In this document: positions 55,213-64,000 of the stretch, one piece after another
How the letters are laid out: the number at the start of each line of letters is the position of its first letter
Numbering within the stretch: position 1 is the first letter of the stretch
NCBI GenBank assembly: GCA_051313645.2
Contig: JBNRSN020000014.1
Coordinates: 151,838,001 to 151,902,000, forward strand
Reading direction: 5' to 3'
Source of the DNA: Centroscyllium fabricii
Taxonomy: Eukaryota
DNA length: 64,000 nucleotides
Translations under genes and position numbers: made by a program
Notes under the pieces: generated by a model
Seen by the model: the letters and a program-made list of their open reading frames with translations, nothing else
Databases searched by the model: none
Told to the model about the DNA's origin: nothing

Positions 55213-58200
55213 ATGGCATCATTCTCTATTAGTAGCTGGAACATCCAGGGCTTGTCTTCTACAGTATTTAGCTTGAAATCGACAAACCCAGAATTTATAA
55301 ATAATATACAAAATACGGATATAATTATCTTGACTGAAACCTGGAACATAAAACACATAAACTCCAATTGTCCGAATAACTACATCGAACTAATCGTCCC
55401 CTCTGTAAAACTGGCCCATGTCAAAAATGGCAGAGACTCCGGCGGGATCCTCGTATGGTATAAAGGGGAGCACAAAGACTCAATTTCAGCAGTCAAGAAA
55501 GGAAAAAACCATATTTGGATTAAGATCAATACAGGTATCTTGGAAAACAGCAGGGATGTCTATCTGTGTGCAGCCTATATCCCACCTTTAAATTCCCCCT
55601 ACCACGTAGAGGAGGACTTTAAAAATCTCCAAAAGGAAATAAGTCACTTCCAAAATCTAGGATCAATCATACTAAGTGGTGACCTTAATGCCAGGACTGG
55701 TAGGGAGCCAGATTTTATCAGTGTGGAAGGAAACAAACATATATTTAGACAAACCCCTTCATACCAAACCTCCATAACCACACAGAGAAAAAGTTATGAC
55801 AGTGTAGTAAATAAAACCGGCAAACAGGTAATTCAAATGTGCAAAGGTCTGGGTTTGTACATTATTAATGGCAGGTTCAGGGGGGACTCTCTAGGTAGAT
55901 TCACCTACTGCTCCGTGCTGGGAAATAGCGTGGTAGATTATGCCATTACTGACATGGAACCTCAACATATCAATGCATTCGTAATCTCGCCCCAACTTCC
56001 CATATCAGACCACTGCCAAACAACCTTATACTTAAAAAAAGCAGTGACACACAAAGAGAACCCGGACACTAAACCCAACCTCTTCCCTCTTCCAAGGAAA
56101 TACAAATGGACAGAGAATAGTACAACTGACTACACTGCAGCACTATACTGTGATGAAACACAATACATACTAGATACATTTCTGAATACACAGTATCAAC
56201 TCAATAAAAAAAACATTAATTTAGCCACATGCGATATAAACAAAATATTTATCCATTTGGCTAAAAAATCTAAACTAAAAATGTCAACAAATAGAAAACC
56301 AAGCACAAAACAAAAAGAGAAATGGTTTGACAAAGAATGCGCTTCATCAAGGAAAAAACTGAGGATATTGTCAAACGAAAAACATAGAAACCAAAACGAC
56401 CAGATAAAACACAATGAATACCTTAAGGCCTTACAGCAATATAGGAAACAGCTCCGTGTAAAAAAAACACAATACATGGAGAGAGAACTAGCCAAAATCG
56501 AAAAAGCCGTCAACGAAAATACATTCTGGCATTTATGGAAAAATATGAATCCAACTCCTCATAAAGAGAACACTCCAATCCAAAATGGCAAGATCTGGAA
56601 AAACTACTTTGAAGACCTTTATAAGAACCCAGAAAGTCACAGCCCAAACTCTAACCAGACCTCAATTATTGAAAAACTAAAAGTACTAGAGACTGCAATA
56701 AAAGATAACCAATGTGCTCTTGACTACCCCGTCACAATTAAAGAACTACAACAAAAACTCAAAACCCTTAAAAAAGGAAAGGCTTGTGGAATCGACAACA
56801 TTAACCCAGAAATGCTGAAACACAGTAGTCCTAAACTTCAGATTGCCATCCTGAAACTTTTTAACTTAGTACTGAAAACAGGAAGTTTCCCCACGATCTG
56901 GAACAAAGGACTCATCACCCCAATATTCAAAAACGGGGACAAATTTGACCCCAACAACTATAGAGGGATATGCGTCAATAGTAACCTTGGAAAAGTCTTC
57001 TGTAGCATACTCAACACCAGACTACAAACGTACCTAACGGAACACAACGTCCTATCAAAGAGCCAAATCGGTTTCTTACCCAAACATCAAACATCAGACC
57101 ACATTTACACTTTACATACACTCATCAAAAACCAGGTCCACAAAAAAAACAAAGGAAAAATATTTGCCTGTTTTGTAGACCTAAAAAAGGCATTTGACTC
57201 AATTTGGCATAATGGACTACTGTTTCAACTCCTCCAAAGTGGGATAGGTGGTAAAATATATGATCTAATTAAATCCAAATAATCTGCTAACAAATGCTCT
57301 GTGAAAATTGGTCACAAAAGAACTGAGTTTTTCACTCAGAATCGAGGAGTTCACCAAGGCTGCAACCTATCTCCTACACTATTCAACATCTACATTAACA
57401 AACTGGCGAATATACTCGAACAATCCCCAAGTCCTACATTATCTCTACACGGAAAAGAAATCAAGTTCCTCATGTACGCAGACGACCTAGTCCTGATATC
57501 TCCTACAGAACAAGGTTTACAGCAGAACCTATCACTGTTAGAGAACTACTGTAAAAACTGGGCACTAGACATAAATCTAAATAAAACCAAGATTATGGTG
57601 TTCCAGAAAAAAGCCAGATCACAGGCATCCAAATACCGATTTAATCTAGGGGAAACCACATTACAACACACTACGGAATACAACTATCTAGGAATAACAA
57701 TCAGTGCGTCGGGCAGATTCGACAAAGCCATGAATGCATTGACAGATAAAGCACGCAGGGCATACTATTGCATCAGACGGTCAATAAACAAATTCAAACC
57801 CCCAATAAAAATTTGGCTAAAAATCTTCAAAACGCTAATTCAACCTATTTTTCTGTATGGGAGTGAGGTATGGGGACCTCTTATAAACCAAAAACGCGCA
57901 TCATGGGACACAAATCCTACAGAAAAACTACACCTTGAGTTCTGTAAAGACATCCTCAAAATCAAGAGAAACAGCCCGAACCATGCCTGCAGAGCAGAGC
58001 TGGGTCAGTTCCCTTTGTCCGTCAACATGGAAAAAAGGGCCATTAAATTTCAGGCCCACTTAGCCCAGTCGAACCCCGAGTCCTACCAACACAGAGCATT
58101 CATGAACAACTCCCTCTGCTCAGAGACAGACCGTCTGCAACACATCAAGGAAACACATAATCTCCAAAATGAGGCCCTTCATAATCTTTCACACAAAGAT

Positions 58201-58683
58201 CTAAAAACAATAGACAACAAAAATAAATCAGAATACATCGGAAATTGGCTACACGAAATCAACTATATAAATAAATTAGAATGCTATCGATCATTAAATA
58301 AAAATTACACATTAGCACAGTACCTTGTTAATATAAAAAACCTCAAAAAAAGACGGACATTAACAATGTACAGACTGAGTAACCACAAACTAGAAATAGA
58401 AAAGGGACGCCATAGGAAACAATGGACACCAAGAGAAAAGAGGATATGTAAAAATTGTGATTCAGGAGAGATAGAAACGGAATTCCATTTTCTCCTCTCA
58501 TGCCCAGCATATGATTCCCTCAGAGGGGCTTTCCTGAATCAAGTTAGATACAATATCCCATCATATGACAGCAAAACAAGTGATGAAAAAATACGGATAT
58601 GTCTGGGAGAAGCACCAGAACTTCTCGAATTAGCTGCAGAATACGTGACAGCATGCCATGACGCAAGAGAACTATTGATATAA
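55213..58683 (+). pseudogene. LINE ORF2 (APE endonuclease - reverse transcriptase - C-terminal CCHC finger) with one in-frame stop at 57280-57282
   Basis: APE motifs SWNIQG, LTETW, GDLNAR, VDYAI, SDH; RT motifs NYRGI, DLKKAFDS, QGCNLSPTLF, YADD, YNYLG; C-terminal CKNC...HFLLSC. ORFs 55213-57282 and 57301-58683 share one frame. Confidence 0.95.
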
Positions 58684-58962
58684 TTACGAATGCTGTTATA
58701 TATATTCTGTTTGTAATGTTGTTATTATGTCTATTAATATCATATGTCTGGGAGAAACACCAAAACTTCTCGAGTTAGCTGCAGAATACGTGACAGCATG
58801 CCATGACGCAAGAGAACACTTGAACATTGGACATCCCAGTCCCAATCAGATCACAGTTAAACCACTCTGACAAACTGCGTTTAAACTATATATCTCTTAA
58901 TATAATTACGGATGCTGTTATATATATTCTGTTTGTACTGTTGTTATTATGTCTATTAATAT
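58597..58962 (+). repeat. Internal duplication at the ORF2 end / 3' UTR (A-B-A'-C-B')
   Basis: 58597-58672 matches 58742-58817 (76 bp, 3 mismatches); 58675-58740 matches 58897-58962 (66 bp, 3 mismatches). Confidence 0.95.
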
Positions 58963-58990
58963 ACTATTTTTTAATGTATATTACAATTCT

Positions 58991-59057
58991 TTGGCAACAA
59001 AGGTTGATACCATTCATGCCAATAAAGCTTTTTGAATTTGAATTTGAATTTGAATTT
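58991..59057 (+). terminator. LINE 3' end: stem-loop, polyadenylation hexamer and (TTTGAA)n tail
   Basis: TTGGCA (58991-58996) pairs with TGCCAA (59017-59022), which overlaps AATAAA; then four TTTGAA units. Confidence 0.8.
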
Positions 59058-62000
59058 GGATTGACTGAGAGAGGATTGACAGAGAGAGGATTGACTGAGA
59101 GAGAACTGACTGAGAGAGAACTGACTGAGGGAGGATTGACTGAGAGAGGATTGACTGAGAGAGAACTGACTGAGAGAGGATTGACTGAGGGAGGACTGAC
59201 TGAGACAGGATTGACTGAGAGAGGATTGAATGAGAGAGAACTGACTGAGAGAGGACTGACTGAGGGAGGATTGACTTAGAGATGATTGACTGAGAGAGGA
59301 CTGACAGAGTGAACTGACTGAGAGAGAACTGAACGAGAGAGGATTTACTCAGAGAGAACTGACTGAGAGAGGACTGACTGAGAGACGATTGACTGAGGGA
59401 GGATTGACTGAGAGAGGATTGACTGAGAGAGGATTGACTGAGGGAGGATTGACTGAGAGAGGACTGACTGAGAGAGGATTGACTGAGAGACGATTGAATG
59501 AGAGAGGATTGACTGAGAGAGGATTGAATGAGAGGATTGAATGAGAGAGGATTGACTGAGAGAGGATTGACTGAGGTAGGATTGACTGAGAGAGGATTGA
59601 CTGAGAGAGGATTGACTGAGAGAGGATTGACTGAGAGAGGATTGACTGAGAGAGGATTGACTCAGTGAGGATTGACTGAGAGAGGATTGACTGAGAGAGG
59701 ACTGACTGAGAGAGGACTGACTGAGAGAGGATTGACTCAGAGAGGACTGACAGAGAGAACTGACTGAGAGAGGACTGACTGAGAGAGGATTGACTGAGAG
59801 AGGATTGACTGAGGGAGGACTGACTGAGAGAGAACTGACTGAGAGAGAACTGACTGAGAGAGGATTGACTGAGAGAGGATTGACTTAGGGAGGATTGACT
59901 CAGTGAGGATTGACTGAGAGATGATTGACTGAGTGAGGACTGACTGGGGGAGAACTGACTGAGAGAGGACTGACTGAGAGACGATTGACTGAGAGAGGTT
60001 TGACTGAGAGAGGATTGACTGAGAGAGGATTGACTGAGGGAGGACTGACTGAGAGAAGGTTTACTGAGGGAGGATTGACTGAGAAAGGATTGACTGAGGG
60101 AGGATTGACTGAGAGAGAACTGACTGAGAGAGAACTGACTGAGAGAGGATTGACTGAGAGAGGATTGACTGAGGGAGGACTGACTGAGAGTGGATTTACT
60201 GAGAGAGGATTGATTGAGAAAGGATTGACTGAGGGAGGATTGACTGAGAGAGAACTGACTGAGAGAGGATTGACTGAGAGAGGATTGACTGAGAGAGGAT
60301 TGACTGAGTGAGGATTGACTGAGAGAGTATTGACTAAGAGAGGATTGACTCAGAGAGGATTGACTGAGAGAGGATTGACTGAGAGAGGATTGACTGAGAG
60401 AGGATTGACTGAGAGAGAACTGACTGAAAGAGGACTGACTGAGAGAGAACTGACTGAGAGAGAATTGACTGAGAGAGGATTGACTGAGAGAGGATTGACT
60501 GAGAGAGAACTGACTGAGAGAGGATTGACTGAGAGAAAACTGCCTGAGAGAGGATTGACTGAGAGAGGATTGACTGAGAGAGGATTGACTGAGAGAGGAT
60601 TGACTGAGAGAGGATTGACTGAGAGAGAACTGACTGAGAGAGAACTGACTGAGGGAGGATTGACTGAGAGAGGATTGACTGAGAGAGAACTGACTGAGAG
60701 AGGATTGACTGAGGGAGGACTGACTGAGACAGGATTGACTGAGAGAGGATTGACTGAGAGAGAACTGACTGAGAGAGAACTGACTGAGAGAGGATTGACT
60801 GAGAGAGGATTGACGAAGAGAGGATTGACTGAGAGAGTATTGACTGAGAGAGGATTGACTAAGAGAGGACTGACTGAGAGGATTGACTGAGAGGACTGAC
60901 TGAGAGAGGATTGACTGAGAGAGGATTGACTGAGAGAGGATTCACTGAGAGAGAACTGACTGAGAGAGGACTGACTGAGAGAGGATTGACTGAGAGAGGA
61001 TTGACTGAGAGAGAATTGACTGAGAGAGGACTGACTGAGAGAGGGTTGACTGAGAGAGGATTGACTGAGAGAGAACTGACTGAGAGAGGACTGACTGAGA
61101 GAGAGCTGACTGAGAGAGAATTGACTGAGAGAGGATTGACTGAGAGAGGATTGACTGAGAGAGAACTGACTGAGAGAGGATTGACTGAGAGAGAACTGAC
61201 TGAGAGAGGACTGACTGAGAGAGAGCTGACTGAGAGAGAATTGACTGAGAGAGGATTGACTGAGAGAGGATTGACTGAGAGAGAACTGACTGAGAGAGGA
61301 TTAACTGAGAGAGGATTGACTGAGGGAGGACTGACTGAGAGAGGATTTACTGAGAGAGGATTAACTAAGAGAGGATTGACTGAGAGAGGATTGACTGAGA
61401 GAGAACTGACTGAGAGAGAACTGACTGAGAGAGGATTGACTGAGGGAGGATTGACTGAGAGAGGATTGACTGAGAGAGGATTGACTGAGAGAGGACTGAA
61501 TGAGAGAGGACTGACTGAGGCAGGATTGACTGAGGGAGGACTGACTGAGACAGGATTGACTGAGAGAGGATTGACTGAGAGAGAACTGACTGAGAGAGAA
61601 GTGACTGAGAGAGGATTGACTGAGAGAGGATTGACTGAGAGAGAACTGACTGAGAGAGGACTGACTGAGAGGATTGACTGAGAGAGGATTGACTGAGAGA
61701 GGATTGACTGAGAGGATTGACTGAGAGAGAACTGACTGAGAGAGGACTGACTGAGAGAGAACTGACTGAGAGAGAATTGACTGAGAGAGAACTGACTGAG
61801 AGAGGATTGACTGAGAGAGAACTGCCTGAGAGAGGATTGACTGAGAGAGGATTGACTGAGAGAGGATTGACTGAGAGAGGATTGACTGAGAGAGGATTGA
61901 CTGAGAGAGAACTGACTGAGAGAGAACTGACTGAGGGAGGATTGACTGAGAGAGGATTGACTGAGAGAGAACTGACTGAGAGAGGATTGACTGAGGGAGG

Positions 62001-63823
62001 ACTGACTGAGACAGGATTGACTGAGAGAGGATTGACTGAGAGAGAACTGACTGAGAGAGAACTGACTGAGAGAGGATTGACTGAGAGAGGATTGACGAAG
62101 AGAGGATTGACTGAGAGAGTATTGACTGAGAGAGGATTGACTAAGAGAGGACTGACTGAGAGGATTGACTGAGAGGACTGACTGAGAGAGGATTGACTGA
62201 GAGACGATTGACTGAGAGAGGATTCACTGAGAGAGAACTGACTGAGAGAGGACTGACTGAGAGAGGATTGACTGAGAGAGGATTGACTGAGAGAGTATTG
62301 ACTGAGAGAGGACTGACTGAGAGAGGATTGACTGAGAGTGGATTGACTGAGAGAGAACTGACTGAGAGAGGACTGACTGAGAGAGAACTGACTGAGAGAG
62401 AATTGACTGAGAGAGGATTGACTGAGAGAGGATTGACTGAGAGAGAACTGACTGAGAGAGGATTGACTGAGAGAGAACTGACTGAGAGAGGATTGACTGA
62501 GAGAGGATTGACTGAGAGAGGATTGACTGAGAGAGGATTGACTGAGAGAGAACTGACTGAGAGAGAACTGACCGAGGGAGGATTGACTGGGAGAGGATTG
62601 ACTGAGAGAGGATTAACTGAGAGAGGATTGACTGAGGGAGGACTGACTGAGAGAGGATTTACTGTGAGAGGATTAACTAAGAGAGGATTGACTGAGAGAG
62701 GATTGACTGAGAGAGAACTGACTGAGAGAGAACTGACTGAGAGAGGATTGACTGAGGGAGGATTGACTGAGAGAGGATTGACTGAGAGAGGATTGACTGA
62801 GAGAGGACTGAATGAGAGAGGACTGACTGAGGCAGGATTGACTGAGGGAGGACTGACTGAGACAGGATTGACTGAGAGAGGATTGACTGAGAGAGAACTG
62901 ACTGAGAGAGAAGTGACTGAGAGAGGATTGACTGAGAGAGGATTGACTGAGAGAGAACTGACTGAGAGAGGACTGACTGAGAGGATTGACTGAGAGAGGA
63001 TTGACTGAGAGAGGATTGACTGAGAGAGGATTGACTGAGAGAGAACTGACTGAGAGAGGATTGACTGAGAGAGAACTGACTGAGAGAGTATAGACTGAGA
63101 GATGACTGACTGAGAGAGGATTGACTGAGAGAGAACTGACTGAGAGAGAACTGACTGAGGGAGGATTGACTGAGAGAGGATTGACTGAGCGAGGATTTAC
63201 TGAGAGAGGATTAACTGAGAGACGATTGACTGAGAGAGGATTGACTGAGAGAGAACTGACTGAGAGAGAACTGACTGAGGGAGGATTGGCTGAGGGAGGA
63301 TTGACTGAGAGAGGATTGACTGCGAGAGGATTGACTGAGAGAGGACTGAATGAGAGAGGACTGACTGAGGCAGGATTGACTGAGGGAGGACTGACTGAGA
63401 GACGATTGACTGAGAGAGGATTGACTGAGAGAGAACTGACTGAGAGAGAACTGACTGAGAGAGGATTGACTGAGAGAGGATTGACTGAGAGAGAACTGAC
63501 TGAGAGAGGACTGACTGAGAGGATTGACTGAGAGAGGATTGACTGAGAGAGGATTGACTGAGAGAGGATTGACTGAGAGAGAACTGACTGAGGGAGGATT
63601 GACTGAGAGAGAACTGACTGAGAGAGGATAGACTGAGAGATGACTGACTGAGAGAGGACTGACTGAGAGAGTTTTGACTGAGGGAGGATTGACTGAGAGA
63701 GGATTGACTGAGGGAGGATTGGCTGAGAGAGGATTGACTGAGAGAGAACTGACTGAGAGAAGATTGACTGAGAGAGAACTGACTGAGAGAGAACTGACTG
63801 AGAGAGAACTGACTGAGAGAGGA
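59058..63823 (+). repeat. 15-bp satellite array, block 3, ending at the LINE fragment
   Basis: Same monomer; ends ...GAGAGAGGA|GTGTTTTTGCC. Confidence 0.99.
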
Positions 63824-64000
63824 GTGTTTTTGCCAGTTCATTTATATAAATGTTAAAAAAAGTCGATGAGATAGACGAGCCCTGTGCCACGTCACGCCCC
63901 TGTGCGAAATATTTTGTTTGTTTATCTCCGATTTTAACTGCACATTTGTTACCTGTGTACTTTGATTTAATCACATCATACGTTTTTCCCCCTATCCCAC
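63822..64000 (-). mobile_element. Degenerate fragment of a related LINE ORF2 (RT domain), extends off the right edge
   Basis: Minus-strand translation GIGGKTYDVIKSKYTGNKCAVKIGDKQTKYFAQGRDVAQGSSISSTFFNIYINELAKTL aligns without gaps to ORF2 at ~57241-57417 (about 37/59 identical by hand count). Confidence 0.9.

Larger units (their letters stand above)
52521..59057 (+). mobile_element. Near full-length non-LTR retrotransposon (LINE; RTEX-like or L2/CR1 group, clade not resolved)
   Basis: About 590-bp purine-rich 5' UTR, ORF1, 122-bp spacer, ORF2 (APE-RT-CCHC), AT-rich 3' UTR, AATAAA at 59021 and (TTTGAA)4 tail at 59031-59057. The 5' boundary is uncertain by about 3 nt. Confidence 0.95.

Noticed and set aside
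51845-56513. Antisense ORFs over the LINE 5' UTR, ORF1 and ORF2
   Set aside because: Low-complexity products of the A-rich sense strand; no independent evidence.
1-63823. Telomerase-made telomeric repeat
   Set aside because: Variants are inherited in kilobase blocks, which indicates duplication rather than templated synthesis, and no chromosome end is visible. A subtelomeric location cannot be excluded.
720-63856. Dozens of TERGL-repeat ORFs and antisense [10 protein letters not shown] ORFs resembling pentapeptide-repeat proteins
   Set aside because: A 15-bp period gives 5-aa repeats automatically. Starts are mostly TTG, and stops and 13-bp frame-shifting monomers are copied freely within higher-order units, so there is no sign of coding constraint.

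Overview
Eukaryotic (probably animal, perhaps fish-like; host is an inference) repeat-dominated DNA with no host genes. About 53 kb is one 15-bp satellite (consensus GGATTGACTGAGAGA, purine-rich + strand) whose variant monomers form nested higher-order duplications. Nearly all listed ORFs ([15 protein letters not shown] repeats) are artefactual translations of it. Two near-complete retrotransposons interrupt the array, both on the + strand. The first is a 4.5-kb Ty3/Gypsy LTR element (39578-44102; 219-bp LTRs with 2 mismatches; 5-bp GAGAG TSD; gag-pro-RT-RNaseH-IN broken by one frameshift and one stop). The second is a 6.5-kb non-LTR element (about 52521-59057; SGNH-esterase ORF1, APE-RT-CCHC ORF2 with one stop, (TTTGAA)n tail; RTEX/L2-CR1-like). 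At the right end the array abuts an older, related LINE RT fragment on the minus strand. The most interesting signal is that the Gypsy element has no tRNA-type PBS; instead the PBS position is exactly complementary over 12 nt to its own LTR, which suggests self-primed reverse transcription in a double-zinc-knuckle, YLDN-type element with a highly structured LTR.
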